The notes beneath the pieces are model-generated. The model was not told the origin of the DNA. It saw only the letters and a program-made list of their open reading frames with translations, and did not search any database. A DNA stretch of 63,454 nt, the filler included, from Pelomyxa schiedti (lineage: Eukaryota; Protista; Evosea), in NCBI GenBank assembly GCA_020536535.1. It is 9 parts of 9 records of this genome, joined end to end, with 100 filler letters (N's around TTAATTAATTAA, not from the genome) between each part and the next. Parts side by side here need not be neighbours in the genome. Positions count along the whole stretch, not along the records: positions 34,719 to 53,260 come from JAHLWZ010001116.1; positions 53,361 to 55,080 come from JAHLWZ010002307.1; positions 55,181 to 60,671 come from JAHLWZ010001497.1; positions 60,772 to 62,204 come from JAHLWZ010002509.1; 5 more parts are not named here. The stretch is one strand, 5' to 3'. A program made the translations under genes and the position numbers. Positions 49,428-62,204 of the stretch are shown piece after piece; position 1 is the first letter of the stretch; each line of letters starts with the position of its first letter.

Positions 49428-51049
49428 CTAGTCCCTGGTACTAAGGTGCACGAGTTTTGTTCTTGTCTTTTTGAGAATAGTCGCCTTGGCACTGTTTTTG
49501 ATTAGGACTGTAAAAAAAGATGGAATGTACCAAGCCGGAAGGCAAGGATTGTAGGTCAAGGGGTAGGAAGCATGGAGAGCAATGTGGGATACTCGCGGGT
49601 CATTTGGATCAAGCTTAAGTTCTGTCAGAATGGCGGCCACTTCAGGATGAATAACAGTGCATTTGCCAAACCCATGCCAGGAATATTTGGGTGGTTTCTG
49701 CCCTGGCACTACAAATACAAGCTGTGTGGTGATGAGTGCTTCCAAGGTTTTTCCGTTTATGGACTTACCCTTGCTCCCTGCCCAAATCCATTTCCATCCG
49801 TAGCAAGCTTCCAAATACTGGCGTATTTACCAGGGGTTTTTGGCGCAACCTAAGAAAGTTAGGACTAACAGATGTAGAAAGAAAAGCGTACCAGTTGTAT
49901 AGTTACATCCACTTCCTGGCCAGGAAGTGCAGGTGGAACTTGAGGACAGGTTGCGGTCAAATCTTCACTTCCGGACTTAAAAGAATCCAAGGTAATTGTA
50001 GTTGTGGCAGGCCATGCTTGTTTCCCATTGTTTAGCATGCGCCAGGTTTTGGTAAACACTGTCTTGTGAAGAGTTATTATCTTTGTGTTGTGTGGTTTGT
50101 TTGTAATACCCCGGCTTCGATAGGTGTCCCCTTGGGCACAGTCACATCAGATAAAACTCTGGCAGAGAGTGGCCCGCATGAAGGGGTATTTTTGCAACAA
50201 CGGCTTCCACGTCCCCATGCGCTCCAGTTCGTGCCCAAAGAAGGGCATGGTGTTGTCCATTTGCCGAATCCACAAGAGGACATATTAGGCAGGGCGCAGG
50301 AAGACCCGGAACACGATGTGGCACAGGAAGCAGAGCAGGGAGTAGAATTGCATGATGAACCACAAGAACCGAGAGAGCAAACAGGAAGGCCGCATTGCTG
50401 TTGCTGAGGAGTCGGCTCAGTGAGTATCGGGTAATCCAGAGGAGGTGCAGAAGGGGTCTGTTGCTCCGAAGTAACAGGGAATGCTACCAGTTGGGTAGGA
50501 GTTGTCTGCAAGGGCTGAAAATTTGGCATTGGGGGCGGTACAGTTGGTGGCAGTGGGAACGCAGCTTGTGCTGAATTTGTGGTAGGTGGTTGTGTTGCTG
50601 GGGTTATTTGTGTTGCCGTTGGGCACTCAGGAGGTGGGCAAGTGGCAGTCATGCATGGTGGGGGAGGTGGAGGGCAGACCCAGAGCCTGAGAAGTGTGTC
50701 ACAGCTCTCTGTTATTGCTGATGCAAGCTCAGAGTCGGAGGACAATGTTATGAAGTCTCCCTCGTCATCCTTGTACTTGAGGGTGTAAGGTACCGTGGTC
50801 AATGAGAACAACTGGTCAACAGTTGACCTAAGTACCTACACTAAACTCTGAGAGGATTTTTTTTCATATATACAATACAATTATAACTCTTGCCTACGGA
50901 AATATAAAGGAAATAAAATAGCGTGCACGTGTTAATTGTTAGTTTAAGGTTGAGGTATATACCTGAAAGGAAGGCGTAGGAATAACAAAACGCCTAACTT
51001 CTTCAAAGAAAAATGCCTTCACTTTAATCCCTGTAACTGCTGTTGTCAT
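49428..51049 (-). CDS. NBR1-like protein: PB1 + FW (Nbr1_FW) domain (multi-exon)
   Basis: PB1 IKVKAF...EEVRRF...LKYKDDEGDFITLSSDSEL; FW ARVLSDVTVPKGT...FTKTWRMLNNGKQAWP...PGQEVDVTIQL|VAPKTPGKYASIWKL. Confidence 0.85.
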
Positions 51050-51429
51050 TTTTAAAAACTTATCTCCTTGGTTGCCCTCTGCTGGCACGAAACGCAACGG
51101 TTTTGTTTTTCCCTTTTCTCGTCTTTGTCTGGCCACAACTCCCCTGATCAACAACGAAAAATTCGTTGTCTTCCAGGTGCTGATTTTCGGGTGTTGTTGC
51201 TTTCTTCACACAAAGGTAAACATGGAGCGCTTTCTGTGGATGTGGCCATACAGCCAGGTCGGATTGAAAACAAAAAACCAGGAGGTTATGCTGTGAACTG
51301 TGGCTTGTCAGATTGTCAACAGAAAGGGTGGTGTGTTTTGTGTGGAGTTGAGGTGGAACTGACTGGTACTTCCCCGCAATTTGGTGTAGTGGATGTGGTA
51401 GTGGTGTTCACTCAATAGATTCGTGCTAT

Positions 51430-53260
51430 CTACGAACTATTGGTAGGGAGCCCAGTTTCGTCATTTGTCAGGGTGAAAATGGGTGATCCACAACCCTCGC
51501 ATACAGAATCCACGAATTTATCCACAATGCCTTGGGTTTTTTTTTTTGTTTGTTTGTTTTTTTTGTTTAGTTTGATTGCTTAAGTTAGCTTGAATAAAAT
51601 TGTGGATTGTCTACCTGCAGACATAGCACTGCGGAAAACTTGACTTTGAGGTGGTGAAAATGATGTAGCAAGTTCCGGTAATGGGGTGTGAATAGGTGTG
51701 GTACTGTCAACAATTGTGACATCCCTCTATGGAAAGAAGTTAAAAACCTGATATAGTAAGCATGCACTACAAACAATGTGAGGCATTCTTCTTCTGGCAG
51801 TCAGACAGGTCAAGAAAGCATTTCCAGTGATACAGGTCACGGCCGCATTACTTAGACAAGCAAGTGTCCCAAGTGCTGTGACTAACTCTGAAGGACAAGT
51901 TTCGGACTGTTGTACCCTGAGAAAGGTAAGGTTATTCAAGACAAGCAAAAAAGCAAAAATACACACAGGAAAAGACAAATGTTCTTTAAATTCAGTGTCT
52001 TTAATCTTGTAAATTGCCCTGCGATTTGTGAAGGTACAAGTGCCACATTTGTGCAGAAAATAATATCCTTCAGTCGTCTGTAAGTCCCACAAAACACATA
52101 CAAGACATCATCAGACAGCAGCAGTTGTCTCTCGGAAAGGAAAAAAGGTTTAACCTCTAAAACATTATCTAACTAAGAAAAAGAAAAGCGAGGAACCTGC
52201 ATCAAACAACACGATATGGTTATAATTCATCGCTGCTGATACAAGGTGATTGAGCTGATAGGCCAGATAGAGGTTTTTGGTTACTTCTTGCCCGCAGATA
52301 GTGCTCGTTCTTCCTAACCGAGCATTTAACCCATCCATATCGAAGGAACTTTCCATCTAAAAGAAGTTAAATATACTCTCAGTGATTACTTTACATGCAT
52401 AAGTTTCAAGGGCTTGGTTGCATATCGCTAGCTTTGACCTGAGTACCTTGTGTTGATGCGGAGTTTTGGCACTAGAAAGGCAGTAAAGCAGATAGAGTTT
52501 CTGGATAACAAGGGATGCACATTTGATCCTATCTTCATAAGGCAATGAAACAGGGATCTTGTGAGTTTCGTCATCCATGACAGCTTGCAATATTTGGTTT
52601 TTTTTGGTTCCCACGTTGTACGAGGCCCCCAATGCCCGCCGGAACAGTGGTAATGTATAACCATGTGGCAACGCCAATGGCAGGCCTGCAGCATCACGTT
52701 GGGAACAAGGTATATCCTTTCCCACCTGTTCAACAATACTCCCAAGTCTCTCTCGTTTCCCTGGCTTTTCTTGATGGATTTGTGTGTTGAACTTGGCATT
52801 TTGTGGTGTTTTCAACAGTCCCACTGGTTGTATTTGTGATAGTGCTTGTGCTTGTGCTTGCACCTGTTGAGCTTGTGCCAGTGCCAGCGCTTGTGCCTTT
52901 TGTGCCAGTGCTAGTGCTTGCACTTGCATCTGTTGTACTTGTGCTTGTGCTTGCGATTGCAGCTGCAGCTGTTGTGTCTGTACTGGCACTGTTTGTTGTG
53001 TTTGGGGCAGTGTTTGCATTGTAACCTGGGGTTGACCATTCTCCTGTGACAGTTGCTGAGGAGGTTGAGGTTGAGTTTGAGGTTGAGGCTGAGGCTGAGG
53101 CTCAGATTGAAACTGAGGTTGTGACTGAGGCTGAACCTGGGGGTGTGGCTGGGGTTGGGCCTGAGGGGGCTGCGCCCGGGCATGCTGGTTCCAGGCTGGG
53201 GGTGGTTGTGGATGTGACTGCGGTGGTGGCTGGTAGTGATAGGGGGGTTGGAAGTATTGA
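51430..53260 (-). CDS. Gln/Ala-rich hypothetical protein, 5'-truncated (multi-exon)
   Basis: Open Q/A/P-rich frame from the contig edge to 52357, then exons near 52165-52356 and 51727-52092; 3' end approximate. Confidence 0.5.
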
Positions 53261-53499
53261 NNNNNNNNNNNNNNNNNNNNNNNNNNNNNNNNNNNNNNNN
53301 NNNNTTAATTAATTAANNNNNNNNNNNNNNNNNNNNNNNNNNNNNNNNNNNNNNNNNNNNGTGCTGGCTGTCAAACGATTTGCTGGCTGCCACACAACCT
53401 GCTGGCTGCCACCCCTTGTGTCAGCCCCCACGCCGCGTGCTGGCTGTCAAACGATTTGTTGGCTGGAAGACAACACCCCAGCTGGCTGTAGACTGTTTT

Positions 53500-54906
53500 A
53501 GGGGAAGTCTAATGAGGGAAGAAAGTGAGACAATGTCAATGATGTGCCTGTCAGTGGTACTTCCTCATTTCCAGCAACTGAGGCAGAAACAACTTGGTGG
53601 TTTTCATCAACTCCAAACCTCTTTTCAATTTCCATTTTCACAATCTTTTTGTTTGTTTGCTTTGTGAGAGGAGGGAAACGGGGGGGGAGTGTTGTTGGTG
53701 ATTACCTTGTCAAATGGACACAGAGTGCAAAAGACGTCTGTAAATGTGGTGTTGTGTGTTTCCAATGTGACTGAAACTTCCTTCATCACACACATGTTCC
53801 AACTTGTTTGTTGTTGTTCTGTAGGTAGCAAAGAACAACACGCTGGTAAAAGAGATTTGACCCAAGAGCCTTGTTGAATGTGGTGCAGAATGTGGTTGAT
53901 GCCTAATAAGCAAAAAAAAAAATAATACAGTGTGAGTGAGGAGAGAGTTAGTTGTGGAGATCACAGACAATTTGTTTGGCTCTCAAGTTTCTGTTGCGCA
54001 AGTTCGAGGTCCCTCACCAGGTTTTCATTCACAGCATCCTTTTCATCCATAATTTGTTTCATGGCATTGTCGTGCTGAGTCTTTTCACATTCCACACTGC
54101 TTGTCTTTCCAAAGCAAGCCTGCTTATTCGTTCTTTCTATGGCATCCTTTTTGTAAAGGTGTGACATGTGTTAGAATAAAAGATGTGGCATGACAAAAAC
54201 TACTCACTTCCAGATCTTTCTGGAATCTTGCCTCCATTTCCCTTTTTTCCTTTGTGTGTGCTTTTTTCAGAGAATGTTGTCTGAGGCAACAAACAACAGA
54301 GCCCACACAAATCAGGAAAAGGGAGAGAATTAGAACCAAAAAGCTCTCAATGTGCTGATGGTGCTCAAACTGCAGCACAGGGGACCCCATCCGATGCTGT
54401 GTGATTGCGGCTCCACTGCCTGGTCGTTGTACCAGGACTGTGTTGTTGTTGAGGGTGCCCCTCCATTGCCCCATGGAGGCCATGCAGGCGAGAAACACGG
54501 TGCCCTCACCATCGCACTCCAAACCACCTTGCGAACATTGCGTGAATGTTCCTTCAAACTGGTCACCATTTGGCCACGTCCTCGTTCCTTCCTTTGGCAC
54601 ACCCATCTCCCACGACCCACTGAACGACGACCCATCCTGTGGCCATTGCTTTTCACCTTTCCCGTGCTCCTTCCCGCGCTCCCAGTCACCCTCGTATCTC
54701 GTCCCATCACCCCAAATCCTGACACCCCGGCCATGGAACACGTCGTCGCCCGCCCACTCCCCGCTGTACATGCCCCCCTCCTGAGAGAGGGCCGCGCCAG
54801 ACGCCGACCTCCCCTCTCCGCTCTTCCCGGCACGACACGAGTCGTAATCAATCCCCGTTCCACCACCCTTGCTCGAGTCATCTCTCACCGATGATGTGTG
54901 CGACAT
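53500..54906 (-). CDS. MORN-repeat + coiled-coil protein (3' part possibly decayed)
   Basis: YSGEWAGDDVFHGRGVRIWGDGTRYEGDWERGKEHGKG...GSSFSGSWEMG...NGDQFEG; coiled-coil exons 53961-54270. Confidence 0.75.
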
Positions 54907-55212
54907 CTTGGCATCTGTCGAGTCGTCGCTGTGTGCGCCCCACCAAGGGCCCTTGTTGGGATCACCTGGCCTCCACTCGCCACCACCCTCTGGGGGGGGC
55001 TCTTGGTCGTCTTTGTCGCCGTGGTGTGGGTGGTGTGTGCCCCTGTCGCCGCCCCACCTGTCGTCCTTCCACGGTCCCTCNNNNNNNNNNNNNNNNNNNN
55101 NNNNNNNNNNNNNNNNNNNNNNNNTTAATTAATTAANNNNNNNNNNNNNNNNNNNNNNNNNNNNNNNNNNNNNNNNNNNNCTGAGGCTCAGATCCGGACT
55201 TAGACTTTTAGG

Positions 55213-57029
55213 TTAAGAGCTTTCTATTGGTAAGTCTATTGGATAGATGTCTTTTCCGGACACTTCTAAGAGTTTTTTTGCCCCCTGTGGGCAATGGATA
55301 TACTTACTGTCATCAAAGCAATTTCTGGAGACTTTTAAGTCTCCATTCAAGTCCAGGACATTGAAGCCATAAAAAAAAAGGAAAAAAATTTGTGCAGAAT
55401 CTTTTTTGTTTGTCTGTTTTACAACTTTGGGTTGGAAATCGTTTGTTTTGGGAGTTGTCTCTGGTGGGTCTTGTGTTTCAAGGCTGTGAATACAGGGTAC
55501 AGCTACAATGAAACCACATTGCATGGCAAGTTTGGATTCTGGTGTTTCCTGCTGTGTACCTATACAGTTCCTCCCAAGATCCGGTCTTCAGTGTTACACT
55601 TCGTGAATTGTCAGAACAGGAGCTGCAGATCTGGTTGTTGGCTGTTAGGAGCAGTTTAAATAAGTGCTTTTGGGTGGTACCTCCACTTTAAGTCTACAAT
55701 TCTTGTTAACAACAGAGCTCCCAGGAGTAGTAGGAACTGACCCAGTTGATAGTCCAACTTTGATGGAAAGAAGGATACCAGGGCCGGTCTTGAGGGTAGA
55801 GACTTCAGGAGTTGCTTTGAATGATAACGCCACTGCTGAACTGGGGATTGTTAACACACATTGTGCGCTTTGAGGGGCATCTAGTGTGGTGTCCGCCTCT
55901 GTGGCTATTGGGGCAACGTCTTGATAATTTGCGCCAACAAGCGTGAGGATGAATGTGATCCCGTCACGGGTCTGACTTGGAATACTGTAAACCCTTAACT
56001 GCATGTTATCTGTAGGATTGTTGTGGCGTTAGGGCAGTTGGTGGGAATTGCAATTACCTTGTGGTGCCAGCTGTTCCGCACTATTCGGAAGTAGGGCCTC
56101 GATATTTGACAGAGAGAGAAGTTGCCTATGGGTGCTTGCCTCAGCTGTCAGGGCTGTATCTAGTATTGCCTTCAGGTGTCCCGGGAGCACAATCTATTTT
56201 GAAATCATTAGTGCCAGCCACTACTTGTTATCAGCCATGCCTTGCTCTTTTTGGATGTGGGTCCCAAAGCGTCTTCGTCTCCTGTGGCTGCAGGACCAGC
56301 AGGACTAGTTACGGTTATCACACAAGTAAAGGCTTGTAGCGCGGCTGCGACAGTTCCAGCACCACCAGACACCACAGTCTCCATGAACTCCGTCAGCAAT
56401 TTATGGAGATCTGAAATATTGGAGCTGGTGTTGTCAGTAGATTTGTCACTGGAAGCCCTGTCAGCAGCTTCATCACTTGCTGCATTTGATACACTGCAGG
56501 TAGTATGACTATGCGTAGGTGCAGTTGACATGGCAGGCGATGTTGTTGATGGGATCAGCTGTCTGGAAGGGGTGGTGAGTTTACTTTGGGGTTTTCCTTC
56601 TGCTGGTAGGAAAAAGGGGCTGTTTGGATCTTCCAAGACCGATGTACAAAGAACCTGCTCATCATCTTTTGTGCGGCGGGACTTGCGTGCGCTGCCTTGG
56701 CGGGATCTCGCTGACTTCACTTGTTTCCTCGATTTGTTAGCGGTAATTTGTTCGAGATTACGAAGGAGAGTGGGGTCGACACTGGGAGATGTGGTCACTG
56801 CTGGTCCTTGAGGAACCAGATCAGGCGTGGGGGGCAATGATGACCGAGAATTGTCGTTGTCGTTTGTGGTAATGACCGGGGATCCGTCAAGCAATGATCT
56901 TGGAGCTCTCGGGGGGAGCGACGGGGAGGGGGACGGCGTATCTCGGCTATTCCGCAGAGTGTCAGCCGCGTTTATCTTGTTGGGGTCGTTGGTTGGCTCA
57001 TTGGGGTGACCGTGTTGTCTCCGCGACAT
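55213..57029 (-). pseudogene. Decayed long ORF of unknown family
   Basis: ORFs 56208-57029, 55645-56004 and 55213-55524 are linked by frames carrying scattered stops and frameshifts, without clear introns. Confidence 0.35.
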
Positions 57030-57339
57030 TAGCGAGTCAAAAAAAAAAGGAAATGTGTTGTTGAGTTGTTAGCGGTTTGTAAAAAAAACTTTGAAATGTG
57101 TTAACTTTGTTGTTGCCCTTCCTCGAGAGATGCCCGTGACATGATTCCCCTGCTTGTGAACAAAACGGAAATAGAGATACAATCTCCGAAATCAATTGTT
57201 GACCCTCAGTCTTTTATTCTGAGGTCGCGCAGGATCGACAGGCTGGTGGTTGTTTTATTCCGCCAAGGATTGACCTACTATCGGACACTCACAGAGGCCC
57301 TGACCAAGTAGAAGGCAGAAAAAATAATCAACAGACCGG

Positions 57340-60300
57340 AACGCTGTCAGATACGGGAATTTTTTTTATTCAGCCAATTGTTGGTACAGAACTGTTCTGT
57401 AGTAGTAGATCGTTTTCTTTTCCCCTGGCGGAGGCCATTAAGAAGGGAGGCTTGTTCCCTTTGTGATTCAAGTGTTTCCATAGACCACAAAGCCTTTCTC
57501 AACGTTAGAACGGAAGAAGAAAGGAAGACCTTACCCTCTTCCACATCTCACTCCAACACAACGGAAAAAGAATATGGCGATTCTGAGAAGTATTGGAGCT
57601 CAAGCTAATCTCTGAGTAAGATTGTCTGATACCCTCACAGTCAAAGCAAGGATAGATACCGGAGCGGATGTCTCCGCAATCAGTTCGGAATACTATCATG
57701 TTTTGAAGCCGGGAGTGGAGCCAAAGCCTTCATTGGTACAGCTAACTCTCACACAAGCCAAACAAGAGGTGATGGTTATCGGTGAAGATGACCTCACAAT
57801 TGAAATTGGGGCCCGATCAACCTCAATCAGAGTTTTCATCGTCAATGAGTTGTCCTTCCCTATGGTTCTAGGGTTGGATTGGCTTACAACTGTCGGCGCT
57901 ATCATAGACGGTGGACGAAAGCATATCATTTTGCCTTATCTTGCAAAGGTGAAATATGCTTGCGTGGTCCTATTCTGATATTTCGGACTGGGATGTTGGC
58001 CATTCCTACTCTGCATGAGCTGGTTTGGCAACATTTCACCTCGATTTGTCTCATTTGGAGAAGAAAGATAGTAAACGAGTGCGGAAATGGCTACTGAAAA
58101 ATCTTGATGTCATGAGTGATGGGATTAGTACTGGGAAAACAACCTTGGTGAAGCATGACATTGATACAGGAGATGCTGAACCAGTGGCTGGTGTAATGTA
58201 CAGAAGATCACCTATGGCTCATGACCTGATTGAACAAGAAGTTCAGAAGAACCTCAAAGCCGGAATCATTGAACCATCAAACACACCATGGGCAGCTCCA
58301 GTTGTATTACAGAAGAAGCCTGACGGGAGTGTTAGATTGTATTGATTATAGGAAATTGAATGAAGTTACCAAGAAAGTGGCGTTTACAATGCCACGTATT
58401 GATGATACTTTAGAGAATCTTGGAGGATGCGATTGGTATACTGGGATTGATTTGAAGAGTGGATATTGGCAGGTTGGAATGGCTGATGCAGCAAAGGAAA
58501 GAAGCGGTTTTCGAACCAGAAGTGGCCTTTATCAATTCAAAGTGATGCCATTTGGGCTCGTGAATGCGCCTGCAACCTTTCAAAGGTTGATGAACGTTGT
58601 GTTAAGTGGTGTATCACCCTTAACAGCGATGGTGTCTCTTGATGACATTATGTGTTCACCAAAGGCAATTTGAAAGAACATCTAATAGCCGTAGAGAAGG
58701 TTTTCACATTATTGTCGGATGCAACTGCAGTCTCCTCACTCTTGACCACAGCTGGAAAATCAAGGCTAGGAGGCCACAGAGGTGAAGCTAAGATGGTCCT
58801 CGCTATCTCACAAAAGTACTGGTGGCCTGATCTTTGGGCCGATGTAAGTAATTGGGTCAAACACTGTGAAGTTTGTCAGCAATTCAGTAGATACAGACCA
58901 GCATACACACCAAAGAGTATCTACGCACAATACCCAGGAGATTATGTGGCTATTGATTTCTTTTTCCCAACAGCAAAATCCCCTGAAGTACATTCAGTAG
59001 TCTTACTGATGGTAGACCTGTACACCAGATTAGTGAAGATGAAAGCATTGAAGGATATAGAGACACCTACAGTTTTGCGAGCTATTTAAAGGAGTGGATA
59101 AGATATCAAGGATGCCCGAAACATTTACTTAGTGACCGTGATCCATCATTCATCAGTGAGCTGAATGAGAAGTTCTATCAAGCTTGGGGCATGAACAAGA
59201 TCACTGTGACAGCTTATCAGCCTCAAAGCAATGGAGCGGTTGAAAACGCAGTGCAGTCTGTAAAGATAGTAATGAGCAAGTACATCATCAAGAATCCAGA
59301 AACATGGAAACAGAACCTTCATTGGGTAGAGTTGGACATAAACACAAGTATGGCAGTATTGACAGGAGAAACTCCGTTTTTTCTTTATCATATGCGAGAT
59401 CCATTGTTACCTATTGATACAGAAATGCTTAGTACTGAACCATTAGAAGAAGATGTTTCAATTCATCCATATATTGAAAAGACTTTATAAGTCAGAACAG
59501 AAATAAGGAAGATAGTAAAAGTCCAGCAAGAAAAGGAGAAAAGAAGACAGCAAGAAGAGATGAAGAGAAGATTAAAGCAAAAGAGAGATAACCTTGAGAT
59601 AGGAACCAGAGTTTGGATGAAAGTTACACCAGGAGAGCAAAGGCCTATGCAGCCTAAGTGGAAAGGCCCTTACAGAGTAGTTGGAAATCCCACATAGTTA
59701 ACAAGAGAACTAGATTTAGGAACAGTGGGAAATCAGTATGAGATATTTCATCTAGATAAGCTCAAACCTTACTACGAGAGCTCACAATTGCAAAAACAAG
59801 CCAAACATCCACAAGGTATTGAAGCACCAAGAATTCAGAAAGAGCCAATAATGGAAAGAGTTTCCATTATTGAAGGAACTTACTATCTAGTGAAATTGAG
59901 ACATGAAAAAGCTAAAGATGCGCGATGGTATGAGGAGAAATACATACCTCCTGCAGCATTGATGACTTCGTGGCGAACGAGACAATCTTACGAACAACAA
60001 CAATCGGAAAAGCGGTCTGCGCGAGAAGCACCGCATTATGAAGATCCCACCGCCAATAGACCCGAAGTATTAGCCTCAGACACAGGCAAGAAGAGGCGTG
60101 GACGCCCACCCAAGCCAATCCTTCCATTTATACCAGATCAGTCACAGCAACCACAACAAGAAAAGATACCTTCATCGACAGTAGAAACAAGAACAACGGT
60201 TATCAAAGGGCACAATTACGGCACCAAGATCTGAGGTACCGCCTCAACATACACTACGCGCCGACGCCACTGCCTTGTTACGACCTTCACTATCGCCCTC

Positions 60301-60671
60301 TTTGACCCTCGTCCAGTGATCTTTAGTTTGCAAATGAGTGGGCAATTCCTGTAGGGATGAAGGGGTGTAGGGTACCCTGCAGGATTACGAACCGATCGTA
60401 CGAAAGGGATAGGGATTCTCTTAATTCTCGTTATCGTCTGTGTTGTGTGATTCGTGCTTGGAGTGATGATGAGGTAGGTTGTTTGGTGAACCAAAGGCTG
60501 AGGCGATGAAGGGGCACCAAAGGTAACAAGATGCGGTGGCAAGCAGTAGTAAATGCATGGGGTGTAAGCACCAAGCCCAATTGTGGTCACAACACCCATG
60601 TCAAGCAAACATGTACCTCAGCCTTGGGTGCCAAGCCATTCCCCTCTGTGTGCCCCAGGGTTTGGTGGAGT
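57340..60671 (+). mobile_element. Degenerate Ty3/Gypsy (chromovirus-like) LTR retrotransposon
   Basis: Possible gag knuckle remnant CSLC...H; protease IDTGAD; RT CIDYRKLN, DLKSGYWQ, MPFGLVNAPATFQR, SLDD; RNase H absent; integrase GHRG...CEVCQ, AIDF, SD, SNGAVE, KGPY; frameshifts and stops. Confidence 0.93.
60353..60671 (+). repeat. Polypurine tract (60353-60365) and start of putative 3' LTR (TGTAG at 60366)
   Basis: AGGGATGAAGGGG directly followed by TG, just downstream of the pol stop; no matching 5' LTR in this contig. Confidence 0.55.
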
Positions 60672-60771
60672 NNNNNNNNNNNNNNNNNNNNNNNNNNNNN
60701 NNNNNNNNNNNNNNNTTAATTAATTAANNNNNNNNNNNNNNNNNNNNNNNNNNNNNNNNNNNNNNNNNNNN

Positions 60772-62204
60772 CTGGATCAGGAAAATCCAGGTTGCTTGAC
60801 TACATTGCCACAGCTGACTGGGCCACTTACTGTGCCAATGGGAATGTTCACGAGGCTGTGAAAAAAGCCAAATCATGGGTCCCAGTATTGATATTTGTAC
60901 CCTTCTAGATAGAGGCTTGGTGGTGCCTCTGATTACCACACTGGATGCCACCCAGCTTCAAAATGATTGCAGAGGCTCTGCACGGTAAGAGATGTCTTTG
61001 TCACGCTTTTTTAAAACATTTACAGGAGAATACACTGGATTCCTTTACCATCACTGCAGCTACTCGACTCACAATCTCTGTTCAAAGACTTCAAGCCCAA
61101 CGTGCTGGAAAATGCAAGCATCAAGTGCGCTATTACAGCTTGTGGTGGGCATCCTCGAACACTGGAGTGGCTCCATGACGCTGTGAAGGATTTGATTGAG
61201 GAGTCAGTCCCAAAAACTACGGAGCCACTGTCACCATCACATGGGCTGAAATCTCCAGCTCCAAAGTCAACACCCGAAGAGGAACTAAAACCTGGGGTGG
61301 TGTTCGACACTAGCGTACTTGACACAATAGTATTCCAATGTGGCGGTCTGGCCCTGAAACTGGAGAAGAAATGGAAAAGAAGCGCGCTTTTTTTCCCTCT
61401 CTCTGGATTCTAACGCATAGTAAGGTTCGTGACAAGCGTTCTCTCTGTTGCAATACTTAGGCCAGTTCTACTTGGTGAAGAATGTAGTTTGACAACGGAT
61501 ATCGGAGGCACAACAGTATCCAAGCTCATTGAAAGCGGAGTATACTCCCATGGCTTGAACAGTGATGGATTAGATACTGGGCCTGTCATTCCATGTGTCC
61601 CACCCATGCATATATACCTGTGGGCGAAAAAGCAGCTTAATAAAAAATCTGAGCTGGAATGCATCCTGGCCAAATTAATTCTGAATGACTCGATTACTGA
61701 TTTTGCGTGGATTCCTGGGAGCAAGGCAGGCACAATTTTCATCACGCATGGGAAGTGATGGTTGGCACGCTCTGTGCGTCACAATGCCTAACTCTTCCTG
61801 ATCACTTCAGAGGTGTAGTTTTCCCTGGCACAAATGCCGAAATTTTGTCGACGGAACTTAAATATCCTGAAATGATGTGCAAGCCAATTCGTGCTCTGGC
61901 TCACCACTTCAGTTACACAGAACATGGTCCCCTCCTCAACAAATCTGTTCTCTTGCCTGCATCTGGTAATCCAGGGTACGGCTTACACAATTCCTGCAAC
62001 CAAGAATCTCTCAATCTTAAACAAATAAAAAAAATTGCACAGGTTTGATGTTGCTCGTGGCTTTGTGAGACAGAGCGACAATGCCCTACTACCAACTGTC
62101 ATTGAGCTGAAGTTCTCTGAAGAAGGAAAAAGTACCAGGTTCTCCACCAAAGATATCCTGAAGAAATACAATTTGGCAACGAGCTCTTTCCCAATCGGTA
62201 CAGA
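60772..62204 (+). pseudogene. Crinkler-like P-loop NTPase + PD-(D/E)xK nuclease gene fragment (frameshift near 61710)
   Basis: Spliced LITTLDA...SAR|RIHWIPLPSL...ACGGHPRTLE; FHHAWE; GNPG|FDV...VIELKFS; truncated by both contig ends. Confidence 0.6.

Noticed and set aside
53361-53490. GCTGGCTG repeats and a 22-bp direct repeat
   Set aside because: Short degenerate minisatellite at a contig edge with no regular repeat-spacer structure
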